Source: Deltaproteobacteria bacterium (lineage in GTDB: Bacteria; JAGRBM01; JAHCIT01). From it: a stretch of 64,000 nt of DNA. The position numbers and the translations under genes are program-made. Of this stretch, positions 1 to 10,394 are shown piece by piece. How positions within the stretch are numbered: the stretch's first letter is position 1; each line of letters opens with the position of its first letter. Under the pieces are notes generated by a model. That model was not told where the DNA came from and did not search any database. It saw only the letters and a program-made list of their open reading frames with translations. Location of the stretch: positions 1-64,000 of the forward strand of contig JAHCIT010000012.1 of the NCBI GenBank assembly GCA_026129095.1, given 5' to 3'.

Positions 1-900
1 CTACGGCGCAACTTCGATCCCGACAAGCAGTTCCTGTTTTTTGTGGACGACTCGCTTGCCGGAAACAGGGATTACATGCGTGAGCTTCTGGAAGGGCTCA
101 TCAGCGAAAAAATGGTCCCGAAGATGGGCTGGCACTCCCAGATGCGGGCAGATGTCGCCACCGATCCGTCGCTGGTCAAGCTGATGGCGAAAACCAACTG
201 TGCCTTTGCAACGTTCGGATTTGAATCGATCAATCCTAAAACCCTGAAGTCCCTGCAAAAGGGGCAGACGCCGGAATCGATCCAGCGTTGCGTCTCGCGC
301 ATGCATGACGAAAAAATACTCGTCAACGGCTTTTTCATGCTCGGTTCGGACTTCGATACGAAGGAGAGCATCCAGGCGACATGGGAGTTCGCCCTGAAAA
401 GCGGATGTGTCATCGCCGGGTTCATGCCCCTGACGCCGTTTCCGGGAACCGGACTTTTCAAGGAGATGGAATCCGAGGGGCGGATATTCATCAAGGACTG
501 GGAACTGTACGACGTCCAGCATGTGGTCTACTGGCCGCGGAACATGAGTCCATCCGAGCTGTACCTGGGATGTCTCAAGGCGTACCAGCAGTTCTACCGC
601 CGCTGGGCCCGTCCCGGGCTCCTCAGGCACATGCCGCTCAACCGGATGCTGACGACCCCAAATGCGATCGTCGGCGGGTCGTGGCCGTTCATCAAGCTCG
701 GGGCGTACTACAAGGAACTGTTCGCCAACCGGGACTACATCCGGATGCTGAAACGAATCGAACAGGAACGCGAAAAGGGCCGGGAAGTCCCGGTCCAGAA
801 GCCGTTCAATACGGCATCGCCATATCACGATCTTCTGACGAGCCGGAGGGAAAAGGCGCTGTTTGCGGAAGGACTCCACCTGATGGGTGCGATTGCCTGA
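1..900 (+). CDS. B12-binding-type radical SAM protein, C-terminal part (5' truncated by the window edge)
   Basis: The frame is open from base 1 (LRRNFDPDKQFLFFVDD...). It carries the class-B-like radical SAM barrel motifs FVDD, FGFES, FMLG.D.DT and PFPGT. The CxxxCxxC motif would lie upstream, outside the window. Confidence 0.8.
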   Translation, partial: LRRNFDPDKQFLFFVDDSLAGNRDYMRELLEGLISEKMVPKMGWHSQMRADVATDPSLVKLMAKTNCAFATFGFESINPKTLKSLQKGQTPESIQRCVSRMHDEKILVNGFFMLGSDFDTKESIQATWEFALKSGCVIAGFMPLTPFPGTGLFKEMESEGRIFIKDWELYDVQHVVYWPRNMSPSELYLGCLKAYQQFYRRWARPGLLRHMPLNRMLTTPNAIVGGSWPFIKLGAYYKELFANRDYIRMLKRIEQEREKGREVPVQKPFNTASPYHDLLTSRREKALFAEGLHLMGAIA

Positions 901-952
901 CCGCGCTCTGGTGCGCGACAGGCGCCCGGACGAGCAGCAGAAGGAAAGCCCG

Positions 953-3001
953 ATGGTTCAGAACCAGTGGAACGACGCCGAGGCAGCCCGCCACTCTACC
1001 CCCCTGGAGAAGCTGGTTTATGTCAGCCGTCTCCTTGGATCCGACCCTTCTCTGGTGCTCCATGGAGGAGGCAACACCTCCGCCAAGGATTCTGTCCGGA
1101 ATCTGGCCGGTGACCGGCTCGATGTCCTGTTTGTGAAGGGCTCGGGCTGGGACATGGCAACCATCGAGGCGCCGGGGTTTCCCGGCGTTGACCTCAACTA
1201 TCTCCGTAAACTCCGGCCCCTCGCGGCCCTCGGTGATATCGAGATGGTCAATGAACTGAGGACGCACCTTCTCAATGCCGAGTCTCCCACTCCATCGGTT
1301 GAGGCCCTGCTCCACGCCTTCCTGCCGCACCGGTTCATCCTGCACAGCCACGCAGATGCCATCATCTCTCTCACCAATCAGTCCGACGGCGAAAAGGCCG
1401 TGCGGGGACTGTTCGGGCGGAAACTCGCATTCGTGCCCTACATTATGCCGGGCTTTGCGCTGGCAAAATGCTGCGCGGATATATTCGATGCTGACAGCGA
1501 GGTGGAAGGCCTCCTTCTATACCGGCACGGCCTGGTGACGTTCGCGGACACGGCAGCCGAGGCATACAGCCGGCACATTGAGTTCGTCACGCTGGCCGAA
1601 GAAGAGGCCGCCAGGCGGGCACGGTTGAAGACCACCCCTGCCGTTGCCCGCAGTTCTGGTCCCTCCCGTGACCGGGCCGCGCATTTCATGGCCGCTCTCC
1701 GGAAGGCATTCATTCGCCGCGGTTTCCGTCCGGTGCTGAGTCTCATGGACTCTGCAGAGGCAGTGGCATTCTGCGACAACAAGCGGCTTGTGGATGCTGC
1801 CCAGCGTGGCCCGCTCACCCCTGATCATGTGATTCAGACCAAACGTCTGCCGCTGGCCGTACCGGTTGGGCTTTTTGAAAGCGGGAGCTACGGAAACAGC
1901 CTGGAAGGATGCTTCGACCGGTATGTCCGTGATTACGAGGCCTACTTTCACAAACAGGCGGCCCGTCGCGACGGCGGCTTGCGAATGCTCGATCCGCTGC
2001 CCCGGGTGGTGCTCGTTCCCGGTCTCGGCGTGATTGCTGCGGGTAATACTGCCCGGCAGGCTGCCGCCATCAGGGATATCTACGAGCATACGGTCTCCGT
2101 AATCAGTCTGGTGGAGACCGGCGGCCAGTACGAGGCGCTTCCTGCCTCCGACATATTTGACGTCGAATACTGGTCCCTGGAGCAGGCAAAGCTGGGCAAA
2201 CGTGCGGCTGGTGCGCCACTTCAGGGGAAAACGGCCATCGTGTCCGGGGCGGCCAGCGGCATCGGAAAGGCGGTATCCCTGGAACTGGCTGCCGCCGGTG
2301 CATGTGTCGCAATGCTGGACCGAGACGAACTCCGGCTCCGGGAGGCCGAGGCCGACATCCGCTCGGGGTGCCGGAGCGGAAACGCTGTCCGCGGTTTCCC
2401 GGTCGACGTGACCTCCCAGTCCGCAGTTGCGCAGTGCTTTGCCGAGACGGCGATCTGGACCGGCGGAATAGATATCGTTGTTCAGAATGCAGGTGTTTTC
2501 CCCCGCAACCAGACCGTGGAGGAAATGGATTCCAGCCAGTGGTCCCTGTCCATGCAGGTAAATGTTGATGGGGCACTCCGTGTGATGTCCCGGGCGATGC
2601 ACTGGCTGCGCCAGAATCATGACGGCGGAGATATCCTGGTCATCGCCTCAAAAAATGTCCCGGCACCAGGAAAGCAGGCGGCGGCGTACAGCGTCGGCAA
2701 GGCGGCCCAGACACAGCTGGCGCGGGTCTGTGCCCTGGAAGGCGGCGAATACGGGATCCGCGTCAACACGATCCATCCTCACATGGTTTTCGACACCGGT
2801 ATATGGACGCCAGAGATGCTGGCGTCGCGGGCGGCTGCATACGGAATGACGGTTGATGAATACCGGCAGAACAACCTGCTGAAGACCGGGATCACCAGCG
2901 CCGATGTCGCACGGACCGTCAGGGCTCTCGTGGACGGATCATTCGCAAAGACGACCGGGGCGCAAATTCCCGTCGATGGTGGCAGCGAGCGAACCCTGTA
3001 G
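953..3001 (+). CDS. Bifunctional class II aldolase / short-chain dehydrogenase (RhaEW/YuxG-like)
   Basis: N-terminal aldolase motifs LHGGGNTSAK, VKGSGWD, PSVEALLH, HSHAD and PDH. C-terminal SDR motifs GAASGIG, NAG and YxxxK (YSVGK). Start placed at the ATG of MVQNQW. Confidence 0.85.
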   Translation: MVQNQWNDAEAARHSTPLEKLVYVSRLLGSDPSLVLHGGGNTSAKDSVRNLAGDRLDVLFVKGSGWDMATIEAPGFPGVDLNYLRKLRPLAALGDIEMVNELRTHLLNAESPTPSVEALLHAFLPHRFILHSHADAIISLTNQSDGEKAVRGLFGRKLAFVPYIMPGFALAKCCADIFDADSEVEGLLLYRHGLVTFADTAAEAYSRHIEFVTLAEEEAARRARLKTTPAVARSSGPSRDRAAHFMAALRKAFIRRGFRPVLSLMDSAEAVAFCDNKRLVDAAQRGPLTPDHVIQTKRLPLAVPVGLFESGSYGNSLEGCFDRYVRDYEAYFHKQAARRDGGLRMLDPLPRVVLVPGLGVIAAGNTARQAAAIRDIYEHTVSVISLVETGGQYEALPASDIFDVEYWSLEQAKLGKRAAGAPLQGKTAIVSGAASGIGKAVSLELAAAGACVAMLDRDELRLREAEADIRSGCRSGNAVRGFPVDVTSQSAVAQCFAETAIWTGGIDIVVQNAGVFPRNQTVEEMDSSQWSLSMQVNVDGALRVMSRAMHWLRQNHDGGDILVIASKNVPAPGKQAAAYSVGKAAQTQLARVCALEGGEYGIRVNTIHPHMVFDTGIWTPEMLASRAAAYGMTVDEYRQNNLLKTGITSADVARTVRALVDGSFAKTTGAQIPVDGGSERTL

Positions 3002-3045
3002 GCGGAAGCACCGGCGGGTTATTTCCGCCACGAGGAACATGCCGA

Positions 3046-4620
3046 GTGAATGCGAGCTTCCAGCAGACTGAAACGGCCCGGCGCCTGGCGGATGAGCGGG
3101 CCGTATATGCCTGGGAATTTGAGCGGGATTTCCAGAACCATGTTGGCAGGCTGGAACGATGGGTAGACCTGCGGCCCTATGAAAAATACCTGGTCCGGCT
3201 TGGAGAACTGCTCGGACAGCTGTGGTCCAGGACAACCGTTGGCGACGCTGTTGACGATTCACAGCGGTTTGTCCGGGCGTCGGTTGTCCGGGCCCCGGTC
3301 CTGCTGATGCTGCTGCTGGCGTCCGCATTTACCCCTCTGCTCCAGCAGTATCTCCCGATCGTGGCGGTCTACTGGCTGACAGTTGCCACTGGGGGTGTAA
3401 TCGCATTCCTGGGAATTGCCCCTAAAGCGGTCTTTCATGTCCAGACTCTGATCGACATCGTGGCGGTCACGGTCCTCGTACACCTGCTTGGATCGATCAC
3501 GACGGTCGCCGTTGTCTTTTACCCCCTGATGGTGGTCCTGATCACGATCGCCATAGGATTCATGCCGGGGATATTTTATGCGGCAGCCGTAACCTTCTCC
3601 TATACCCTGCTTGTGGTTCTGGAAGGGATCGGGTTGCTGCCCTATTCACCCCTGCTGGGACATGAATATCCGGCATTTCTGGTGGCCGGATGGCCGACCT
3701 ATCCCATAGCCGTCATCCTGAGCGCCCATATCATCACCTACGGCAGTGCACTGATTGCGGGTGCGCTTGCCTACGAAATTGAAGTCAAGCGGCGTCAGGC
3801 AAATGAGGCAGTCAGGAGCAAGAGCGAACTGCTCGCGATCTGCTCGCATGACCTGAAGAACCTGCTGGTCACGGTTACAGGATACAGCGAACTGCTTCTC
3901 ACGAATCTGAGAGACCGTCCGGTGTCGGTTTCAGACCTGACGCTCTATGCACAGCACATTCATGCAAATGGCAGCCGGATGCTTGAGCTGATCCACAACC
4001 TGCTCGACTCGGCCCGGCTGGAATCCAATGGGATCCCGCTGGTGAAGGGCAGTGTCGAGCTGACACGGATGGTGAAGGAAGTTGCCGCTCTCCAGCAGAC
4101 CAATGCGGCATTCAAGCAGGCAGAAGTCAGCTGCACGGTACCGGAGATCCCGGTCTGGATTGAAGCCGATGGCTCCAAGCTCTCCCAGGCGCTTACCAAC
4201 CTCGTCCAGAATGCAATCATTCACGTACCGGACCATCGGGGCCGGATAACGGTCGATGTCAGCGAGCCGGATGGCGGTCGTGTACGGATAGCGGTCCGTG
4301 ATAACGGACCGGGAATCGCCTCCGATGTCATGCCGATCCTGTTTGATCCCACCGCCTTGGCGATGCGCCGGAAGACGGCGCGGCGCCGCCTGGGCATGTC
4401 CCTGAGTACCGGTCTGGGCCTGTCGATTGTCAAACGGTTCGTGGAGATGCACGGCGGGCAGCTCACAGTCGAATGCCCGCCGGGATGCGGGACGACATTC
4501 TGGATCGATTTGCCGTGGACGGAGCGGCGGAGGCAGGGGAAGGCAGGCTGCGAATGCAGTCCCGCCCGTTACGCTGCCGCAACCGATGGCCGTCTCAGTG
4601 AAGGCGGTGTGCCGGTATGA
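3046..4620 (+). CDS. Membrane-bound sensor histidine kinase
   Basis: Several hydrophobic helices, H-box SHDLKN, N-box NLVQNA, G1 DNGPGI and G2 GLGLSI. Confidence 0.9.
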   Translation: MNASFQQTETARRLADERAVYAWEFERDFQNHVGRLERWVDLRPYEKYLVRLGELLGQLWSRTTVGDAVDDSQRFVRASVVRAPVLLMLLLASAFTPLLQQYLPIVAVYWLTVATGGVIAFLGIAPKAVFHVQTLIDIVAVTVLVHLLGSITTVAVVFYPLMVVLITIAIGFMPGIFYAAAVTFSYTLLVVLEGIGLLPYSPLLGHEYPAFLVAGWPTYPIAVILSAHIITYGSALIAGALAYEIEVKRRQANEAVRSKSELLAICSHDLKNLLVTVTGYSELLLTNLRDRPVSVSDLTLYAQHIHANGSRMLELIHNLLDSARLESNGIPLVKGSVELTRMVKEVAALQQTNAAFKQAEVSCTVPEIPVWIEADGSKLSQALTNLVQNAIIHVPDHRGRITVDVSEPDGGRVRIAVRDNGPGIASDVMPILFDPTALAMRRKTARRRLGMSLSTGLGLSIVKRFVEMHGGQLTVECPPGCGTTFWIDLPWTERRRQGKAGCECSPARYAAATDGRLSEGGVPV

Positions 4621-7600
4621 GTGAACGGGTGGCAGGATGCGATCTGGGGAAAGCGGCTGCGAAATTCGCGGTGGCGAGAATCTGCGACGACGGTGCGCTA
4701 GCCGTCGAATCATTTCGCTGTATTCCTCACAATGGCCGCCCCTTTGACGTGTTCCGGGAGTGGTACTGGGAGCAGGGGATATCGTCGTGTGCCGCATTGT
4801 CGGCGACGGGCCTCTATGCCGAGGAACTCGTTGCGCCTGTCATTTCGGGGCTTCCCGAGGACGCATGTGTGGCTTCCGCCCTCAGGCTGAGGCAGGACCT
4901 CGATGGCCCGGTCAATCTCGTGAGTCTGGGTGCCCGTGGGTATTCGGTGTTTACCCGGAATGAGCGCGGGCACATCAACTACATTGAAAACGACAAATGC
5001 TCGTCTGGGACCGGCGAGACAATCGTCAAGATTGCCGGACGGTTCGGTCTGGATCTGGAAGAAGCTGACCGGATCGCCATGGCGGCTCAGGCGGGCATTC
5101 CCATCACGGCACGCTGCTCGGTCTTTGCCAAAAGCGAAATGACCCATTTCGGCAATCAGGGAAAGCCGACCGACCAGCTCATGCGGGGATATCTCGAATC
5201 TGTCGCCCGGAATGTGGCGGCACTGCTGGCCAGAGCCCGTATCCCGGGGCCGGTGTACCTGATAGGTGGCGGTGCGCGTCTAGGCTCCTTCGTACGCGCT
5301 TTTCAGGAGATAGCTGGAGGCGATGTTCGGGTTCTGGACAGTCCGCAGTCGCTGGAGGCTCTTGGCGCGGCTGTCGCCGCCGCTGATCAGTGTCTGGGTG
5401 AGACCCTGGAGAAGCTGCCTTCCAATCCCGATGAACTGGTCGCCCCGAGGCAGTCCCGGTTCCACATTCACAAGCCGCCCGAATTCTGGGCCGCAAAGGT
5501 GACCTACCAGAAACCTCCGGAGGTGACGGAGCCAGCAGACGGCACTCCAGCAGTCCTGGGGCTGGATTTGGGTTCCACTGGGAGCAAGGCGGTTCTCACG
5601 TCTGTCAGAACGGGCCAGCAACTGCTGGATGTTTACGACCGGACCCGGGGAAATCCGGTGGATGCAACCTCGCGGCTGATCGCGGCCATTCTGGAAAAGT
5701 CAGCCCCGGACATCCGTGCGATCGCACTGACCGGTTCCGGACGCGAGGCTGCCGCCACGGTGCTCCGTGCGGCATTTCCGGAGTTCGCCGGCAGGATACT
5801 CGTCCTGAACGAGATCGTGGCGCATGCGACTGCAGCCATCCGTTGCGACGAGCGCAAGGGGGAGAGCCTCTCCGTCGTGGAAATCGGCGGACAGGACGCC
5901 AAGTTCATACAGATCGCCGGAGGCCAGATTGTCGAGAGCGACATGAACAAGGCCTGCAGCGCAGGCACCGGCTCGTTCCTTGAGGAACAGGCGGTTTTTT
6001 ACGGGGTCAATGATGTCACCGAATTCACGGCGATGGCAAAACGGGCCTCGCGCCCGCCCGACCTCGGCCAGATGTGCACGGTCTTTGTGGCCGATGCCGC
6101 CGCTGAAGCTCATAACGAGGGGTTCAGCATCGAGGACCTGTTTGGCGGCTTCCAGTATTCCGTTATTTACAACTACATCAACCGGGTGATGGGGGAACGT
6201 ACGTTCGGAGAACGGATTTTCTTCCAGGGAAAGCCCGCCAGCGGGGAGTCGCTCGCATGGACGCTGGCGGCAGTCACGGGCCGGGATGTGATCGTTCCTC
6301 ACAATCCGGGGGCGATGGGTGCATGGGGAATTGGACTCTGCGCCATCAGGGAAATCGGCGAAGAAACGCTATTGGCGGACTCCTCGTTCGATCTTGGCCG
6401 GATGCACGATGCGAAAGTGGTTGATCGCACCGAATTCCAGTGCGCCGATCTCAAGTGCCAGACGCTCTGCCACATCGACAAGACGACCGTTGACATAGGA
6501 GGGCAGAGCCGGACGGTTCTTTCAGGGGGGGCCTGTCCCAAGTACGAAGTGTCCGCGGCGGGATCGCAGAAACTTCCCAAGGATGCACCGAACGCACTTG
6601 AAGAAAGGATGCGGCTCCTGGATCCGTACTGGGAAACGCCGGAAGGGAAGGGCCGTGCCGTTGGCGTTCCCTATGTTGGGGCCCTGTCGGGTTATCTGCC
6701 GTGGCTTGTCACGTTTCTTCGCGAGATCGGGGTGCAGCCAGTGGTGCTGCGCTCGGACAGCCGGTCGCTGGCAAGGGGCGAGGAGCGGTGTTTTTCCTTT
6801 GATGCCTGTGCGCCGGTGAAGGTCGCCCATGCCGTAGCCGACGCGGATGTCGATACGCTGGTCTTCCCGAAGTTCCTGAATCTCCATGACCGGGAAGGTG
6901 TCGGTGGCCGGACCTGCCCGATGGAGCAGGGCATGGCCGACATGGTCAATCAGGCCCTCGCGGCCCGTGGCCGGTCGATCGAATTCATCAAGCCGGTCCT
7001 GAACCTCAGGGATGGCTTCCTGCACCCCCGCCTGCTGGGCCGGCTTCACTGGCTGGTGAAGGAGCTGGGAGCAGATCTAGCCCGGGTTCCGGAGGCAGCC
7101 CATCAGGCCGCCGGAGTCCAGCGCAGATATGAGCTCGAACTGGCAGAAATCGGCCAGCGAACACTGGACTACGGCCGCCAGCACGGGATCCCGGTGGTTG
7201 CGATTATCGGCTCCCTGCATGTGATCTTTGACCGGGCGGTGAATGCCAGCATTCCGGACCTGCTGCGTCAGAACGGCGTGCTGCCTCTGCCGATGGACTG
7301 TTTCCCGGTCCCGGAGTGGATATCCCCGCTGCCCCGTGTGGTGTGGGAGGATGCCAACCGTGCGCTTCGCACGGCGCTGGGTGCCAGGGAACGTGGCGAT
7401 GTGTTTCCGCTGCTCCTGTCGTCCTTTGGCTGCGGTCCCGCCTCGTTTACCGAGCATTTTTTCCGTCACCTCATGGAAGGGTATCCCCATACGGCACTGG
7501 AGAGCGACGGCCATGGAGGCTCGGCCGGATTTGTCACGCGCATCCAGGCGTTCCTGCATACGGTCCGCCAGTATCCCGGCGGTCCTTCAGCGGTGGACAC

Positions 7601-8900
7601 CAGCCGGCTGAAGCTGTTTGAGCCGCTGAAGCGGCCTCCGCTTTCCAGCGAAAGGGACTCCCGGATAGTCGTTTTCCCGATCGCCGATCAGGTGGGGCCG
7701 ATCATTGCGGCGGTGTACCGTTCACATGGGTACGATGCCGTTTCGTCAGGACCAACATCTCCTGCCGCCCTGGCGGCGGGCCGCCGGGACTGTTCCGGAA
7801 AGGAATGCGTTCCCTATCAGCTGATATGGGGATCGTTCCGGAATTATCTGGAGGAAAATCCGGGGGACAAGCGAACGGTCCTCCTTCAGGTGACCGGTAA
7901 TGGCGCATGCCGTAACTGCAACTTCTCCATCAAGGACCAGATGTCGGTTGCCCGGATGGGCCTGTCGGACCGTGTGGGACTTCGGCATGCCGAGCCGGAA
8001 AAGGAGTTCCAGTCGGCTTTCATGTCGAGGTTCTGGACCGGAACCCTGACGTGGGATCTCCTCAACCAGCTGGTCGCCTATTACCGGCCCTATGAGTCCG
8101 AACCAGGAATGGCCGAGCGGATTTACCGGGAATACTGCGGGGAAATGATCCGGATTCTGGAGCAGCCGGTCCAGCCGGGGCTGGGAGGGATTCTGAAAGC
8201 GTTCCGCGGCGTCCGGAACCTGGAAGGACTGGTCAGGCAGGCCGCCCAGCGGTTTGCTGATCTGGAAAAACACGCGGGAAGGTCACAGCCACTCAGGACC
8301 GTATTCCTTACGGGAGACATATACGTACGTCTGGATGATTTCGCCAGCGACGGCATCGTTCGCCGGCTGAATGACCGGGGGCTGCGTGTCATTGTCGAAC
8401 CGCTCTGGATTCTGGCCGAGTATCTGGCCGAAGAGCGCTCCTCCGAGCTGGTGGGTCTTCCGAGGGGAATTGTCGAAAACACCCTGATGAAAACCGCAAT
8501 GCGAAAGACCCGTGAGCGCTTCTATGAAGCCGCCAGGACTTACTGCCCGTGGCTCCCGTCGCCGGATATCCCGTCAATGATCGAAAAGGCCCGCCCCATC
8601 ATCGACCGCCACCCCAGGGGCGAGGCGCCGATCACCGTCGGCAGTGTGCTTCATAACTGGGAGGAGGGAATCGCCGACGGAGTGGTCGTTGTCGGTCCCT
8701 GGGGATGCGGGCCGGCGCTCATTGCCGAGAGCCTGCTCAAGCATCAGCGGGAGATCCCCATGCTGTTTGTTTACAACGATGGTTCGCCCATCGATGAGCG
8801 GAGGCTGAACGGCTTTGCATTCCGGTTGCGCCGCCAGGAAGCCCGAAGCCCGTCTGCGGAAACAGGCGGCCGCCGGGTAGAAGCCGCCGCGAGAGGATAG
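4617..8900 (+). CDS. Fused double ASKHA activase + reductase/dehydratase-like domains (2-hydroxyacyl-CoA dehydratase activase family; PlsA/Ger-type architecture)
   Basis: Two activase modules (DLG; NDKCSSGTG/CSVFAKSE; DLGSTGSK, EIGGQDAK, NKACSAGTG/CTVF). These are followed by Cys-bearing C-terminal domains (CAPVK, CPME, SFGCGP, GKECVP, GACR, WGCGP). 1427 aa. Confidence 0.8.
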   Translation: MSERVAGCDLGKAAAKFAVARICDDGALAVESFRCIPHNGRPFDVFREWYWEQGISSCAALSATGLYAEELVAPVISGLPEDACVASALRLRQDLDGPVNLVSLGARGYSVFTRNERGHINYIENDKCSSGTGETIVKIAGRFGLDLEEADRIAMAAQAGIPITARCSVFAKSEMTHFGNQGKPTDQLMRGYLESVARNVAALLARARIPGPVYLIGGGARLGSFVRAFQEIAGGDVRVLDSPQSLEALGAAVAAADQCLGETLEKLPSNPDELVAPRQSRFHIHKPPEFWAAKVTYQKPPEVTEPADGTPAVLGLDLGSTGSKAVLTSVRTGQQLLDVYDRTRGNPVDATSRLIAAILEKSAPDIRAIALTGSGREAAATVLRAAFPEFAGRILVLNEIVAHATAAIRCDERKGESLSVVEIGGQDAKFIQIAGGQIVESDMNKACSAGTGSFLEEQAVFYGVNDVTEFTAMAKRASRPPDLGQMCTVFVADAAAEAHNEGFSIEDLFGGFQYSVIYNYINRVMGERTFGERIFFQGKPASGESLAWTLAAVTGRDVIVPHNPGAMGAWGIGLCAIREIGEETLLADSSFDLGRMHDAKVVDRTEFQCADLKCQTLCHIDKTTVDIGGQSRTVLSGGACPKYEVSAAGSQKLPKDAPNALEERMRLLDPYWETPEGKGRAVGVPYVGALSGYLPWLVTFLREIGVQPVVLRSDSRSLARGEERCFSFDACAPVKVAHAVADADVDTLVFPKFLNLHDREGVGGRTCPMEQGMADMVNQALAARGRSIEFIKPVLNLRDGFLHPRLLGRLHWLVKELGADLARVPEAAHQAAGVQRRYELELAEIGQRTLDYGRQHGIPVVAIIGSLHVIFDRAVNASIPDLLRQNGVLPLPMDCFPVPEWISPLPRVVWEDANRALRTALGARERGDVFPLLLSSFGCGPASFTEHFFRHLMEGYPHTALESDGHGGSAGFVTRIQAFLHTVRQYPGGPSAVDTSRLKLFEPLKRPPLSSERDSRIVVFPIADQVGPIIAAVYRSHGYDAVSSGPTSPAALAAGRRDCSGKECVPYQLIWGSFRNYLEENPGDKRTVLLQVTGNGACRNCNFSIKDQMSVARMGLSDRVGLRHAEPEKEFQSAFMSRFWTGTLTWDLLNQLVAYYRPYESEPGMAERIYREYCGEMIRILEQPVQPGLGGILKAFRGVRNLEGLVRQAAQRFADLEKHAGRSQPLRTVFLTGDIYVRLDDFASDGIVRRLNDRGLRVIVEPLWILAEYLAEERSSELVGLPRGIVENTLMKTAMRKTRERFYEAARTYCPWLPSPDIPSMIEKARPIIDRHPRGEAPITVGSVLHNWEEGIADGVVVVGPWGCGPALIAESLLKHQREIPMLFVYNDGSPIDERRLNGFAFRLRRQEARSPSAETGGRRVEAAARG

Positions 8901-8906
8901 GAAGCG

Positions 8907-10394
8907 ATGGTTGCAAGAAAAGCAGTATCAGAAAAAGCGTCAAAGGCGGTCACGCCTGCGGTCGTGCCGCCGGTGTACATCATCGGTGCCGGCATGCTCC
9001 GGTTCGGAAAATACCAGGACCGCAGTATCAAGGATCTGGCAGCCGAAGCGGTCAGGACTGCGCTTAAGGATGCGGGACTCGAAAAGGACCGGATCGAAGC
9101 GCTCTGGTTCGCCAACAGCGGCTGGGGAATGAACGGTGGACAGGACTGTATCCGTGGCCAGGTCGCCCTCCGCCCGTCGGGTGTGGAGGATATTCCCATC
9201 GTCAATGTGGAAAATGCATGCGCGGGCGGGGCGACTGCACTGAATGGGGCATTCCTCGGCATCGCGAGCGGGCAGTATGACGTCGCCATGGCCGTCGGCG
9301 CGGAGAAGGTGTTTCAGCCGGACAGGATCAAGATGTTCGCCAGTTTCATCGGCGCACTCGATGTCGAGAACCTGGAGAGCCTGATCGAGCAGGCCAGGAG
9401 TGCCGGCCGCGAAACCGGGCTTCCACCGCCGCCGGCATCGGTGGCGGCCCACCCGCCGAGATCGCTTCCCGATCAGCTGAAGGGACTTGCCCAGAAAGGT
9501 CGGGAGCTTCCGGTTCTTGTCCGTAACCTGATCGTCATCACGGATCACTACCAGATCGATCTCTGGAAGCTGGTCCGGCAGAACGTCGAGGCACGTTTCA
9601 GGAAGGGAGCCGGGGCTTCCAGTGGCGGCATGGACCACAGCCCGTTCATGGACGTTTATGCAATGGCCTGTCGCCGCCACATGAAAAAATATGGCTCGAC
9701 ACAGCGGCAACTGGCCGTCATCGCGGCAAAAAACCACAGCCACAGTGCGGTTAATCCCCTTGCCCAGATCCAGAAGCCAATGACGGTCGATCAGGTGATG
9801 GCTGACAAGTCCATCGCCTGGCCGCTGACGCGCTCCATGTGCGCTCCAATCGGGGATGGAGCGGCTGCCGCGATAGTCTGTTCCGGGCGGTTTTTCCGAA
9901 AGCTGCAGGACCGCCAGCGGGCGGTGCGAATCCTGGCATCGGCCATCGGTTCTGGCCGGAACCGGTCGGAAGACGAGCCGGATATCGGCGAGCGGCTCAG
10001 CCGCCGCGCATACGCCGTCGCAGGCATCGGCCCCGGTGACGTGAATCTGGCCGAATGCCATGACGCCACCGCATTTGGGGAGCTTCACCAGAGCGAAGCG
10101 CTGGGTTTCTGTGAAGAAGGCAAAGGCGGGGAGCTGGCCGAGTCCGGTGCGACCCGGATCGGCGGGCGTATCCCGCTTAACACCAGTGGCGGCCTCGAAT
10201 CCCGTGGGCATCCCATCGCCGCGTCGGGCCTTGCCCAGATTTACGAGGTCGTCACGCAGCTCAGGGGAGAAGCCGGAGAGCGCCAGGTTGAAGGGGCACG
10301 GATCGGCCTGACGCAGAATGGCGGTGGTGCGCTTGGCGTCGAGGAGGCGGCCATGGGGATTCACATTCTTGAGCGTGTAGCCGCCAGGAGATGA
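8907..10394 (+). CDS. SCP2-type (non-specific lipid-transfer-like) thiolase
   Basis: NVENACAGG catalytic Cys, GAEK, DGAAA, HDAT and GHPIAASG motifs, plus a large internal insertion. Confidence 0.85.
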   Translation: MVARKAVSEKASKAVTPAVVPPVYIIGAGMLRFGKYQDRSIKDLAAEAVRTALKDAGLEKDRIEALWFANSGWGMNGGQDCIRGQVALRPSGVEDIPIVNVENACAGGATALNGAFLGIASGQYDVAMAVGAEKVFQPDRIKMFASFIGALDVENLESLIEQARSAGRETGLPPPPASVAAHPPRSLPDQLKGLAQKGRELPVLVRNLIVITDHYQIDLWKLVRQNVEARFRKGAGASSGGMDHSPFMDVYAMACRRHMKKYGSTQRQLAVIAAKNHSHSAVNPLAQIQKPMTVDQVMADKSIAWPLTRSMCAPIGDGAAAAIVCSGRFFRKLQDRQRAVRILASAIGSGRNRSEDEPDIGERLSRRAYAVAGIGPGDVNLAECHDATAFGELHQSEALGFCEEGKGGELAESGATRIGGRIPLNTSGGLESRGHPIAASGLAQIYEVVTQLRGEAGERQVEGARIGLTQNGGGALGVEEAAMGIHILERVAARR

